64,000 nt of DNA from a virus (IMGVR_UViG_3300029319_000002:64001-128000), one strand, 5' to 3'; shown: positions 39,105-49,216, counted from the first letter of the stretch. Numbers and translations: made by a program. The notes: generated by a model from the letters alone, not told the origin.

Positions 39105-40691
39105 ATGGGTTGGTCAGACAAATATAAAAAAACAATTGACTGTAATAACCCCAAGGGTTTTTCTCAACGTGCTCATTGCCAAGGGAAAAAGAAAAAAGTG
39201 AATGAAGAAAATGCTAAGAGATGTAAAGTAGGTTACTACTATTGCTTTACTGAAAAAAAGTGTAAAAAGATTCCTATCGGATACCATGTAGGTCGTGGTG
39301 GATATCTTGCAAAAGATAATGAAGATAGTTCCAGTGAAGATAATAAGAACGGTAAGAAAAATGGCAATGGATCTAATGGAAACGGTTCTAACGGTAATGG
39401 ATCTAATGGTGGCAATGGAGGTGGAATGAGTGAAGAGCTCAATGCTGACGATAAACCATTCGTTAAAAAATTAGTTGGAAAACTAAGAAAGGGTTCTAAA
39501 ACACACGCAAAACAAGCAGATGATTTAGAAAAAGCAATGAAAGAGGAGTCAAATCCTCGTATTCCTCGTAAAAAAGGTCAACCATCTAACTCCAAAAAAC
39601 ACTCTGATCTATATACTGATGAGAACCCCAAGGGAACTATCCATGGACTTGGTTTTAAAGATGTAACAACTGCCAAGGCAAGTGTTACAAAAATAAAAAA
39701 TTCAAGTCGATCCCATGCTCATAAAATCCAAGCAGCAGTTGCTATGGAACAAAGAGCAAGAGAAATGGGAAAAACTGCTGAAGCTGCTGTTTATCGAAAG
39801 TTTATAAATTCAATGAAAGAAAAAACTAAGAAAATGAACGAAGGCACTCTCCATAAATGGTTCAAGGGGTCCAAATCAAAAGATGGTAAAGGTGGTTGGG
39901 TTAATGTCGTAACAGGAGGAACCTGTGCGAGTGACAAACCTGGAGAGGGAACTCCAAAGTGTGTTTCTTCTGCAAAAAGAGCAAGTATGACAAAAGCAGA
40001 AAGACTCTCTGCTGCTAGAAGAAAGAAAAAAGCAGATCCTGGACAGCAACAAAAGACTGGTGCTGCAAAACCCACATATGTTTCAACTGACCCTAAAAAG
40101 AAAATGAAAGAAGAAGCAATCCTAGAAACTAAAGACAAGAAAGGAAAAGGTAGTGGCAAGAAAGATGCCTGCTATCATAAAGTAAAGTCTCGTTATTCTG
40201 TTTGGCCAAGTGCATATGCATCTGGTGCGTTGGTCAAGTGCCGTAAGGTTGGTGCTGCAAATTGGGGAAACAAATCTGAAGAAGTCGATATTCAGGAGAA
40301 GAAAAAGGGTGGTGCTAAAAAGTGCTGGCCTGGATATAAAAAAGTTGGCACACAAAAATTATTTGGTAAAACTTATAATCGTTGTGTAAAAGCAAGTTAT
40401 GAAGTTGATGGCATGACTTTTAAAAAATTTAGAGAACTTTCGGAAGGAGCTGCCTGGACAAAAAAGTCCGGTAAGAACCCTTCAGGAGGACTAAATGAGA
40501 AGGGTCGTAAATCTTATGAAAGAGAAAATCCAGGATCAGATCTTAAGGCACCCAGCAAAAAAGTTGGCAATAAGAGAAGAGCATCATTCTGTGCAAGAAT
40601 GAAAGGTATGAAGGCAAAACTAACTTCTGCCAAAACTGCTAGAGATCCTGATAGCAGAATTAATAAATCATTGAGAGCTTGGAACTGTTAA
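39105..40691 (+). CDS. Basic multi-module protein, probable internal head polyprotein
   Basis: K/R-rich Cys-containing modules separated by hydrophobic-X-E motifs; lies between g16 and g17. Confidence 0.6.
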   Translation: MGWSDKYKKTIDCNNPKGFSQRAHCQGKKKKVNEENAKRCKVGYYYCFTEKKCKKIPIGYHVGRGGYLAKDNEDSSSEDNKNGKKNGNGSNGNGSNGNGSNGGNGGGMSEELNADDKPFVKKLVGKLRKGSKTHAKQADDLEKAMKEESNPRIPRKKGQPSNSKKHSDLYTDENPKGTIHGLGFKDVTTAKASVTKIKNSSRSHAHKIQAAVAMEQRAREMGKTAEAAVYRKFINSMKEKTKKMNEGTLHKWFKGSKSKDGKGGWVNVVTGGTCASDKPGEGTPKCVSSAKRASMTKAERLSAARRKKKADPGQQQKTGAAKPTYVSTDPKKKMKEEAILETKDKKGKGSGKKDACYHKVKSRYSVWPSAYASGALVKCRKVGAANWGNKSEEVDIQEKKKGGAKKCWPGYKKVGTQKLFGKTYNRCVKASYEVDGMTFKKFRELSEGAAWTKKSGKNPSGGLNEKGRKSYERENPGSDLKAPSKKVGNKRRASFCARMKGMKAKLTSAKTARDPDSRINKSLRAWNC

Positions 40692-40697
40692 TAATGT

Positions 40698-42344
40698 ATG
40701 TCTGATAATGTATATCTTGGTAATCCTAATCTAAAAAAAGCAAATACTACAATTGAGTTTACTCAAGAAGAGATTGCTGAGTTTATTAAGTGTAAACAAG
40801 ATCCTGTTTATTTTGCAAGAAAATATATAAAAATTGTTTCTGTAGATGAAGGACTTGTTCCTTTTAATCTATATAAATTTCAGGAAAAATTAATTAAACG
40901 ATTTCATAAAAATCGTTTTAATATTTGTTTGATGCCACGACAGACTGGTAAATCCACTACCGTAGTTTCATACTTATTACATTATGCAGTCTTTAATGAT
41001 AATGTAAATATTGGTATTCTTGCAAACAAAGCAGCAACTGCAAGGGAATTACTTGGTAGATTGCAGACTGCTTATGAAAATTTGCCAAAATGGATGCAAC
41101 AGGGTATCCTGTCATGGAATAAAGGTTCACTGGAGTTAGAAAATGGATCGAAAATACTTGCGGCTTCTACGTCAGCTTCTGCAGTACGGGGTATGTCCTT
41201 TAATATTATCTTCCTTGACGAATTTGCCTTTATTCCTAACCATATTGCTGACCAGTTCTTTGCCTCTGTTTATCCTACTATTTCGTCTGGTAAGAGCACG
41301 AAAGTCATCATAGTTTCAACCCCACATGGTATGAATCATTTCTACCGTATGTGGCATGATGCAGAAAGAAAGAAAAATGAATATGTTCCCACTGTTGTTC
41401 ACTGGAAAGAGGTTCCAGGTAGAAACGAAGCATGGAAAAAACAAACAATTGCAAACACTTCAGAAGATCAGTTTAGGGTTGAGTTTGAATGCGAGTTTCT
41501 AGGATCTGTTGATACTTTAATCAATCCAAATGTTCTAAGAAATTTAGTATATGAAGATCCAATAAAAAAGAATAAAGGATTAGATGTTTATGAGAATCCT
41601 ATTCCAGAGAGAAATTATATTGTAACTGTTGACGTTGCTAGAGGTGTAAGTCATGACTATTCAGCATTTATTGTCTATGATATTACAGATTTTCCATATA
41701 AGGTAGTAGCAAAGTATAAGAATAATACGATTAAACCAATGCTATTTCCCAATATCATTAAAGACATTGCTGTAGCATACAATCAAGCATATGTTTTGAC
41801 TGAAGTTAATGACCTTGGAGATCAAGTTGCATCTATATTATACTTTGACCTTGAATATGAAAATATTTTAATGTGTGCAATGAGAGGTAGGGCAGGACAA
41901 ATTGTAGGATCAGGATTTAGTGGAAAGAAATCTCAACTTGGTGTTCGCATGACTGCTGCAGTTAAGAAGTTAGGTTGTTCAAACTTGAAGACTTTAGTAG
42001 AAGACCATAAACTAATAACAAAAGATTATGACATCATTTCAGAACTAACTACCTTTATTCAAAGGGGCAGATCTTTTGAAGCAGAAGAAGGATGTAATGA
42101 TGACCTTGCAATGTGTTTAGTTATTTTTGCTTGGTTGGTTGCTCAGGACTATTTTAAAGAAATGACGAACAACGACGTTCGCAAGAGAATATATGAGGAA
42201 CAAAAAAATCAAATTGAACAAGATATGGCACCTTTTGGATTTATTCAAACTGGACTTGATGAAGAAAGTTTTTTAGATAAAAATGGTGATAGATGGTACA
42301 CAGATGAATATGGTGATGTTGCTTCGACATGGGAATTATTTTAA
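40698..42344 (+). CDS. g17: Terminase large subunit gp17
   Basis: Walker A MPRQTGKST, Walker B IIFLDEFAF, nuclease VDVARG and DDLAM. Confidence 0.97.
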   Translation: MSDNVYLGNPNLKKANTTIEFTQEEIAEFIKCKQDPVYFARKYIKIVSVDEGLVPFNLYKFQEKLIKRFHKNRFNICLMPRQTGKSTTVVSYLLHYAVFNDNVNIGILANKAATARELLGRLQTAYENLPKWMQQGILSWNKGSLELENGSKILAASTSASAVRGMSFNIIFLDEFAFIPNHIADQFFASVYPTISSGKSTKVIIVSTPHGMNHFYRMWHDAERKKNEYVPTVVHWKEVPGRNEAWKKQTIANTSEDQFRVEFECEFLGSVDTLINPNVLRNLVYEDPIKKNKGLDVYENPIPERNYIVTVDVARGVSHDYSAFIVYDITDFPYKVVAKYKNNTIKPMLFPNIIKDIAVAYNQAYVLTEVNDLGDQVASILYFDLEYENILMCAMRGRAGQIVGSGFSGKKSQLGVRMTAAVKKLGCSNLKTLVEDHKLITKDYDIISELTTFIQRGRSFEAEEGCNDDLAMCLVIFAWLVAQDYFKEMTNNDVRKRIYEEQKNQIEQDMAPFGFIQTGLDEESFLDKNGDRWYTDEYGDVASTWELF

Positions 42345-42369
42345 GGTTCTTTTTAAAGAAAGGGTTTTG

Positions 42370-42376
42370 ATAAATA
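42370..42376 (+). promoter_or_regulatory. Late promoter ATAAATA for g18
   Basis: Consensus; GAGGGAG RBS downstream. Confidence 0.65.
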
Positions 42377-42413
42377 TTTTTAGACAAAATCTTTTAATAA
42401 AAAAGAGGGAGAC

Positions 42414-45050
42414 ATGGCTCTAAATTTAGGATCACCAGGAGTTTCTGTAAAGGAAATTGATTTAACTCAAGGTGCAATTCAGGGTGTAGTAGATATTACC
42501 GGTGCTATTGCTGGTCCTTTTGAAAGAGGACCAGTAAGTGAGCCCACACCAATTGCATCTGAGAAGGATCTACTCGACATTTTCGGAAATCCATCATCAA
42601 CCGACAATCAGTATGAGTACTTCCTGACTGCATCTCAGTATCTTTCCTATGGTGGAAATTTACAAGTAGTTAGAGTTGGTGGTGGAGAGTTAAGTAATGC
42701 TAATGCAGCAGTAGGAGCTGCAGTTACCACTCTATCAATTCAAAATTATGATGACTTTAATGATAATCATGGTGGAGATACTTCTTACTATTATGCAGCC
42801 AGAACTCCTGGATCTTATGCAAATGGTCTAAAGGTCTGTACGATTGATGCCTATGCTGACCAGGTTCTAACTGGAGTTACTACGGCCGGTATTGCTGTTG
42901 GTGCGGGTGTTACGCAAGCAACAACTGCAGAATATGCTGGTACTGATGGAACTCTAAAAAACCTCGATGGATACCACAAAGGTATCGTCATGGGCATCGG
43001 AAGCAGTGAAATTACAGTCAAGTATGTCTCACACGTATCTGCTGGTGGAACTGAAACTAAAGTCGAATATGGTGAAGGAACTGCTTATGAGTTTGTAACT
43101 ACTTCTGCTCTAACTGTTTCTGGTGCTACTGGATCTGCTACAACCACTGTTACCGTATCTCAAAGAGCATTTGCAGGTACAACTGATGCTGCACATGGTT
43201 CTGGTGTAAATGTTAACCTCTTTAACTCTGTTGCCACAACAACAATCGATAATGCGGGTGGAACATCTCTTGCTGCCTCTGGTGCCGGTGCAACTTCATT
43301 CTTTGTTGCCAGTGCAACTGGAATCACAACATTAACCAAACTATTGATTGATAATGAAATTATTGATATCATCAGTGTAAATTCTACTACTAACTTCATC
43401 GGAATTGGTACTGATGAAGCAGCTGCTCTTGCAAATAGAGGTCAAGTAGGAACAACAACTGCTGCTCACGTTGATGGTTCAACTGTAAGAGTGGTTGATG
43501 CCTCTTTCGTTGCCGGAACCACTGATGGTGCTGTTGCTGCTGGTGATCTATCATTCGGAGTTGTCGGTTCTGCTAGTAGTTTCACCAGTGGAGATATTGC
43601 TCAGATTGATAGTGAGTTCCTCCTAGTTTCTGGAACTTCCGAAAGCAGCACACTAACTCCTACCGGTAAAAAGAACTGGTATGATGAGCAAAAGTTAGGA
43701 CTTGCAAACGGTGATATTTTCTGGAAGTCTATTGCACCCAAACCTAAAACTTCTGAGTATGCCTCTAGCAGAGGTTCCCGTAATGACCAGATGCATATAG
43801 TTGTTGTTGATGATGAAGGTGGAGTTTCTGGAAATGCCGGAACCATTCTAGAGAAGCATATCAATCTATCCAAGGCATTTGATGCTACAAGTTCTGCTAG
43901 CCTATCTGTATATTATAAGGATTATGTCAAGAATAATTCTGGACAAATATATCCAGGTGTCGCAGAAACTGGTTCTGCCACCGGATTTACTGCTGGAGCA
44001 GCAAGTCTAACTGCCTTAGGTTCTGGTGCCGGTGCCGCAGGACAGAAAGCACAAGACGTTCTTGCATTCCATGCATGTGGTACTAAAACATATGCATTAG
44101 AAAATGGATATAATTATTCCGGGACTCTAACTGCTCCTGGATATTCTTGCACACTCGCAAGTATTGTTAGTGGTTATTCTGAGTTTTCTTCGGAAGATAT
44201 TCCCATTGACTTCTTAATCATGGGACCTTCAATGTCTGCAAGTAGAGCAGAGTCACAAGCCAAGGCAAACAAACTCATTACAATTGCTAATGAGAGAAAG
44301 GATTGTATGGCATGTATTTCTCCTCATCGTGGTGATGTTGTTGGTAATGCTAATGGATCTACCGACATCACTAACAAAATTATTCAGTATTATGATGGAA
44401 TTACTCATAGTTCTTATGCAGTATTTGATACTGGATATAAGTATACATTCGATAGATTTACAAATTCTTTCGTATATGTACCCACTAGTGGTGATATTGC
44501 TGGCATCATGGCAAGAACTAATAGCATTAACTTCCCCTGGTACTCACCCGCAGGTGCTGCTAGAGGTGCTCTGAACAATGTTATTAAACTTGCATATAAT
44601 CCCACTCAATTAGAAAGAGATAGATTATATGGTGCTGCAATTAATCCAATCATCACAACTAGAGGACAGGGAACAGTTCTTTTTGGAGATAAAACATCCT
44701 TAGGAAAAGAAGGTTCTGCTTTCAGTAGAATTAACGTTCGTCGTTTATTCCTCACAATCGAAGAATCTATCTCTAGATTCTCCAGATCTACATTATTTGA
44801 ATTCAACGATACTATTACAAGAGCAAACTTTGTAAACATTGTTGAACCATATCTTCGTGATATTCAGGCTAAGAGAGGTATTACCGACTTTAGACTTATT
44901 TGTGATGAGAGCAATAACACACCTGATGTTATTGATAGAAATGAATTTAGAGCAGATATCTTTATTCAACCTGCTAGATCAATCAACTTCATCTCCTTGA
45001 CATTCGTTGCCACTGCAACTGGTGCTAGCTTCACTGAGGCTGCTGGTTAA
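42414..45050 (+). CDS. g18: Tail sheath protein gp18 with inserted domains
   Basis: SPGVSVKEIDLT, FPWYSPAGAARG, FSRINVRRLF and ARSINFISLTFVA. Confidence 0.96.
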   Translation: MALNLGSPGVSVKEIDLTQGAIQGVVDITGAIAGPFERGPVSEPTPIASEKDLLDIFGNPSSTDNQYEYFLTASQYLSYGGNLQVVRVGGGELSNANAAVGAAVTTLSIQNYDDFNDNHGGDTSYYYAARTPGSYANGLKVCTIDAYADQVLTGVTTAGIAVGAGVTQATTAEYAGTDGTLKNLDGYHKGIVMGIGSSEITVKYVSHVSAGGTETKVEYGEGTAYEFVTTSALTVSGATGSATTTVTVSQRAFAGTTDAAHGSGVNVNLFNSVATTTIDNAGGTSLAASGAGATSFFVASATGITTLTKLLIDNEIIDIISVNSTTNFIGIGTDEAAALANRGQVGTTTAAHVDGSTVRVVDASFVAGTTDGAVAAGDLSFGVVGSASSFTSGDIAQIDSEFLLVSGTSESSTLTPTGKKNWYDEQKLGLANGDIFWKSIAPKPKTSEYASSRGSRNDQMHIVVVDDEGGVSGNAGTILEKHINLSKAFDATSSASLSVYYKDYVKNNSGQIYPGVAETGSATGFTAGAASLTALGSGAGAAGQKAQDVLAFHACGTKTYALENGYNYSGTLTAPGYSCTLASIVSGYSEFSSEDIPIDFLIMGPSMSASRAESQAKANKLITIANERKDCMACISPHRGDVVGNANGSTDITNKIIQYYDGITHSSYAVFDTGYKYTFDRFTNSFVYVPTSGDIAGIMARTNSINFPWYSPAGAARGALNNVIKLAYNPTQLERDRLYGAAINPIITTRGQGTVLFGDKTSLGKEGSAFSRINVRRLFLTIEESISRFSRSTLFEFNDTITRANFVNIVEPYLRDIQAKRGITDFRLICDESNNTPDVIDRNEFRADIFIQPARSINFISLTFVATATGASFTEAAG

Positions 45051-45062
45051 TATCGTTAATGA

Positions 45063-45084
45063 TGCCCAGTCATGAGACTGGGCA
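45063..45084 (+). other. Strong RNA hairpin TGCCCAGTC-ATGA-GACTGGGCA between g18 and g19
   Basis: 9-bp perfect GC-rich stem with only a weak downstream U-tract. Confidence 0.7.
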
Positions 45085-45121
45085 CTTGATTTTGTTAAAA
45101 TCAATTAATTAGGACAGAACA

Positions 45122-45835
45122 ATGGCATTCAATAAAATTCAAACAAAAGAAAGAACTCTTGATGATTTCAAAGCAAGATTGAAGGGTGGAGGTGTACGCC
45201 CCAATCTGTTTGAGGTTGAATTATATTTCCCAACCCTATCAGATTTTACAGATTTCAACACTGCTAATTCTGAAGCCGAAGAAAATGAAAATAATGATAA
45301 TGATGAAAATGCAGCAGGACAAAACCGTTTAACTGAGGATGTAAGATTCCTTGTTAAGGGTGCTAACCTACCTGCTTCTAACATCTCACCAATCGAAGTT
45401 CCATTCCGTGGTCGTACATTAAAGATTGCTGGAGACAGAACTTTCGATACATGGACAGTTACTGTTATCAATGACACAAACTTCAACATCCGTGATGCTT
45501 TTGAAAGATGGATGAGTTTCATCTCCAAGCACGATTCCACTGCTGGTACTATTAAACCATCTTCTTACCAAAGAGATGCTTATGTTCACCAGTTAGGAAC
45601 TCCTGGTGTAACTCAACCTAGAACAACATATGATGAATCTTCTAGAGCTGATTTAGACTATCAGTCTGATATCCCTAGACTTCGTTCTTACAGATTCTAT
45701 GGTGTATTCCCCACCAATATTTCTCCTATTGATCTATCATACGATACAACTGATACTATTGAGGAGTTTACTGTTGAACTACAGGTTCAGTATTGGAAGG
45801 CATACTCTGGTAAGGGCAACCTAAGAGTTGACTGA
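45122..45835 (+). CDS. g19: Tail tube protein gp19
   Basis: GGGVRPNLFEVEL, PFRGRTLKIAGDRTFDTW and IEEFTVELQVQYW. Confidence 0.96.
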   Translation: MAFNKIQTKERTLDDFKARLKGGGVRPNLFEVELYFPTLSDFTDFNTANSEAEENENNDNDENAAGQNRLTEDVRFLVKGANLPASNISPIEVPFRGRTLKIAGDRTFDTWTVTVINDTNFNIRDAFERWMSFISKHDSTAGTIKPSSYQRDAYVHQLGTPGVTQPRTTYDESSRADLDYQSDIPRLRSYRFYGVFPTNISPIDLSYDTTDTIEEFTVELQVQYWKAYSGKGNLRVD

Positions 45836-45872
45836 TAAATAGAGTATAACGCATACTCAGTCAAGATATACG

Positions 45873-47510
45873 ATGGCGAATCTTTTTGGTTTTTCTTTTG
45901 ATGATGAAAAAAAGAAGGGGAGTGGGAAGTTAGTATCTCCCGTTCCCCCTTCTGACGCTGATGAATCAGACTTTTATGTGCAGAGTGGATTTTATGGTCA
46001 GTATCTTGACACTGATGGAGTTTATAAAACTGAGTTTGATTTAATTAAAAGATACCGAGAGATGTCACACTATCCTGAGTGTGATTCTGCGGTCGAAGAT
46101 ATTGTGAATGAAGCAATCGTTTCCGACACTGATGATTCACCTATTGAAATTGAATTATCAAATCTAAATGCCAGTGATAAATTAAAAGATTTGATTTATG
46201 CAGAATTTAAGAATGTTAAAGAACTTCTAAACTTTGATAGATCGAGTCACGAAATTTTTAGGAATTGGTATATTGATGGAAGAATTCTCTATCATAAAGT
46301 CATAGATTTTAAAAATCCTGAGCAGGGCATTCAAGAGTTGAGACCCATTGATCCTCTTGATATTAGATATGTAAGAAAGAAAAAACAATTAGATCCAAAA
46401 ACTCAAGTCATTCAAAAAACTCTTGCTGGTGCTGGAAGTTTGGATGAACTTGAATCCGAAATTGAAGAATACTATGAGTATACTATTGATAAAGGAAAGC
46501 ATGGAACTGGTGTCAAGAAAGTAAAAATTTCAAAGGAAGCAATTACATATTGCACCTCTGGTTTAGTAGATAGAAACAAGAAAACCACTCTATCTTATTT
46601 ACAAAAAGCAATCAAAGCATTTAATCAACTTTATATGATTGAAGATAGTCTTGTAATTTATAGACTATCAAGAGCACCAGAACGTAGAATTTTTTACATT
46701 GATGTTGGTAATCTACCTAAAGTAAAGGCAGAACAATATCTACGTGATGTTATGTCACGTTACCGTAATAAGTTGGTATATAATGCCAACACTGGTGAGA
46801 TTCGTGATGATAAAAAATTCATGAGTATGCTAGAAGATTTCTGGCTTCCCCGTCGTGAAGGTGGTCGTGGAACAGAAATCACAACCCTCCCCGGTGGTCA
46901 AAACCTTGGAGAAATTACTGATATTGAATATTTCCAAAAGAAATTATACAGAGCACTAAGTGTTCCCGAATCTAGAATTGCAAATGATGGTGGTTTTAAT
47001 CTAGGAAGATCATCTGAGATCCTTCGTGATGAATTAAAATTCAGCAAATTTGTTTCTAGACTTAGAAAAAGATTCTCTAGATTATTCAATGATCTTCTCA
47101 GGACTCAATTAATTCTGAAGAATATTGTCACTCCAGAAGACTGGGATAAGATGGTTGAACACATTCAGTATGATTATTTGTATGATAATCATTTCGCAGA
47201 ATTAAAAAATTCTGAACTTTTAAATGAAAGATTAGGGTTACTTACCACTATTGAACCTTATATTGGCAAATATTACTCTAATGATTACGTTAAGAGAAAA
47301 GTTCTTCGTCAAACTGAAGAGGAAATGAAAGAGATACAAGATCAAATTAAAAAAGAAATTGCTGATGGAGAAATTCCTGATCCTAATGCACCTGTTGATG
47401 AAATGGGAAATCCTATTCCGGAGGGTGAAATGGGTATGATTGGAAAAGTTCCTATGGAACCTGAGATTGATGGTTCCGCAACTGAAGCACCTGAAGGTGG
47501 TGAGATATAA
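45873..47510 (+). CDS. g20: Portal vertex protein gp20
   Basis: YRLSRAPERRIFYIDVGNLPK.KAEQY and EDFWLPRREGGRGTEITTLPGG. Confidence 0.97.
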   Translation: MANLFGFSFDDEKKKGSGKLVSPVPPSDADESDFYVQSGFYGQYLDTDGVYKTEFDLIKRYREMSHYPECDSAVEDIVNEAIVSDTDDSPIEIELSNLNASDKLKDLIYAEFKNVKELLNFDRSSHEIFRNWYIDGRILYHKVIDFKNPEQGIQELRPIDPLDIRYVRKKKQLDPKTQVIQKTLAGAGSLDELESEIEEYYEYTIDKGKHGTGVKKVKISKEAITYCTSGLVDRNKKTTLSYLQKAIKAFNQLYMIEDSLVIYRLSRAPERRIFYIDVGNLPKVKAEQYLRDVMSRYRNKLVYNANTGEIRDDKKFMSMLEDFWLPRREGGRGTEITTLPGGQNLGEITDIEYFQKKLYRALSVPESRIANDGGFNLGRSSEILRDELKFSKFVSRLRKRFSRLFNDLLRTQLILKNIVTPEDWDKMVEHIQYDYLYDNHFAELKNSELLNERLGLLTTIEPYIGKYYSNDYVKRKVLRQTEEEMKEIQDQIKKEIADGEIPDPNAPVDEMGNPIPEGEMGMIGKVPMEPEIDGSATEAPEGGEI

Positions 47511-47513
47511 ATA
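47506..47513 (+). promoter_or_regulatory. Late promoter TATAAATA
   Basis: Exact consensus overlapping the g20 stop. Confidence 0.65.
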
Positions 47514-47540
47514 ACTTTAGTAATTTATTATTAATAAATA

Positions 47541-47747
47541 ATGGACCCTAATCTAGTCGATAAGATTATTGCAGGTGACTCTGCAGCAGAAATTTCCGAT
47601 TACATCAAAGATGCTCTATTCGGAAAAGCTACAGACAAAATTGATGCATTAAGACCCGAGGTTGCTTCTTCCATTTTCAATTCATCTTTTGATGAAAAAG
47701 AAGTTGAACCTAATGTAGAACCAGAACAATTAGAGGATCAAGAATAA
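47541..47747 (+). CDS. Small acidic prohead-core-type protein downstream of g20
   Basis: 68-aa acidic ORF at the position of T4 g67/g68-like genes. Confidence 0.6.
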   Translation: MDPNLVDKIIAGDSAAEISDYIKDALFGKATDKIDALRPEVASSIFNSSFDEKEVEPNVEPEQLEDQE

Positions 47748-48025
47748 TGGCACTGGCATCAACAGATTTAACACCAAGTAACTATGTTCTTATTGGAAAT
47801 AATGTTACCACAATAACTTTCCAATGTCAGAGTGCTACTCCTGCTGTAATTAGTATTGCAACTACCAGTGCTGGAATAGCTACATCAACGGACGGTTTTG
47901 TTTATAATAGATTTGAAGGAGAAATGAAAAAGACGGTTACTGAATTGTCACATGATTCTGGTGCCGCATATGTTTATGCAAAAGCACTCACAGGAACTTC
48001 TAAGATTGTATATGAAGGTGCTTGA
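47747..48025 (+). CDS. Small beta-rich hypothetical protein, probably structural
   Basis: 92-aa ORF with TAATG overlap. Confidence 0.65.
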   Translation: MALASTDLTPSNYVLIGNNVTTITFQCQSATPAVISIATTSAGIATSTDGFVYNRFEGEMKKTVTELSHDSGAAYVYAKALTGTSKIVYEGA

Positions 48026-48028
48026 TTT

Positions 48029-49216
48029 ATGTCACAATATCCATTTTTAGGATTAGGATTTAATTCTTGGACTCAAAAATTTGGTAGAGATGCAGAAGCT
48101 GCTGCTCTCACATTAGTTGTAGGTGCTAAGTTTCAAGATAATGTAAATGGTACTGATAGAGGAGCAGTATTTATCTTTGATGTGAATGATTTAACTACTT
48201 CAACTAAAGTTATTTGTGAAACAGATACATCAATTTATGATTTCTTTTCTGACTCAGTTGCTATAGGAGATAGCAAAATTCTTGTTGGAATGCCCCAGGC
48301 AGATATTAATGGATCTGGTTCTGGTGCCGCATATATCTACAACCTAGACGGAACTGGTGAAACTCAATTTCTTGCTTCTGATGGTGCTTCTGGTGATGGT
48401 TTTGGGATTTCAGTTGCTATAGGAAATAGTAAGATAGCTATTGGTGCCAGAGATGAGGATGAGGGTGCCAACAACGGTGGTGCAGTATATGTTTACAACC
48501 TAGATGGAACTGGTGAGATTAAAATTACTGCTTCTGATGCTGCTAATAGTGATAGTTTCGGATCTGCAGTTGCTATAGGAAATAACAAACTTTATGTTGG
48601 TTCACCCCAGGATGATGACAACGGATCTACTTCTGGTTCAGTATATATCTACAACCTAGACGGAACTGGTGAAGTTAAACTTACTCCTTCTGATGGTCGT
48701 TCCTTTGCACGTTTTGGTAACGCACTTGCCTTTGGACATGATAAACTTGTAGTTGGAGCATATGCGGATGATCCTGCTGGAAGTCCTCCAGCTGGTGGAT
48801 CTGTTTATGTTTATGATGCTGATGGAACAAATGAAGTTAAGATAAGATCATCTGATATTGCTAGCAATGATGATTTTGGACATGCGGTTGCTATCGGAAA
48901 CAATAAAATTGTTGTTGGTGCTCCATCTAATGATGATGATGGATCTGGTTCTGGTTCAGCATATGTTTTCAACCTAGACGGAACTGGTCAGGTTAAGATT
49001 ACTGCTTCTGATGCAGCTGCAGATGACAATTTTGGTTCTTCTGTTGCTATCGGTGGTGATAAAATTTATGTTGGTGCAAGATATGAAGATAATGCAAATG
49101 GAACTAATTCTGGTGCATTTTACGTTTATAATCTAGACGGAACTGGTGAAGTTAAAGTTATAAATCCAGAAAACGATAATTATGCTGTATTTGGATGGTC
49201 AATGGCATTAGGATAA
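48029..49216 (+). CDS. FG-GAP repeat (integrin-alpha-like) beta-propeller protein
   Basis: About 7 repeats of FG.SVAIG..KI.VGA...D....GA.Y.YNLDGTGE at a period of about 52 aa. Confidence 0.85.
   Translation: MSQYPFLGLGFNSWTQKFGRDAEAAALTLVVGAKFQDNVNGTDRGAVFIFDVNDLTTSTKVICETDTSIYDFFSDSVAIGDSKILVGMPQADINGSGSGAAYIYNLDGTGETQFLASDGASGDGFGISVAIGNSKIAIGARDEDEGANNGGAVYVYNLDGTGEIKITASDAANSDSFGSAVAIGNNKLYVGSPQDDDNGSTSGSVYIYNLDGTGEVKLTPSDGRSFARFGNALAFGHDKLVVGAYADDPAGSPPAGGSVYVYDADGTNEVKIRSSDIASNDDFGHAVAIGNNKIVVGAPSNDDDGSGSGSAYVFNLDGTGQVKITASDAAADDNFGSSVAIGGDKIYVGARYEDNANGTNSGAFYVYNLDGTGEVKVINPENDNYAVFGWSMALG

Noticed and set aside
40698-42344. Intron, intein or homing endonuclease in the terminase or neighbouring core genes
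   Set aside because: The genes are uninterrupted and of normal length; no GIY-YIG/HNH ORF was seen in the window.
48029-49216. Repeated ACAACCTAGACGGAACTGGTGA units as a CRISPR array or DGR repeats
   Set aside because: They are in-frame coding repeats of propeller blades; there are no cas genes and no reverse transcriptase.
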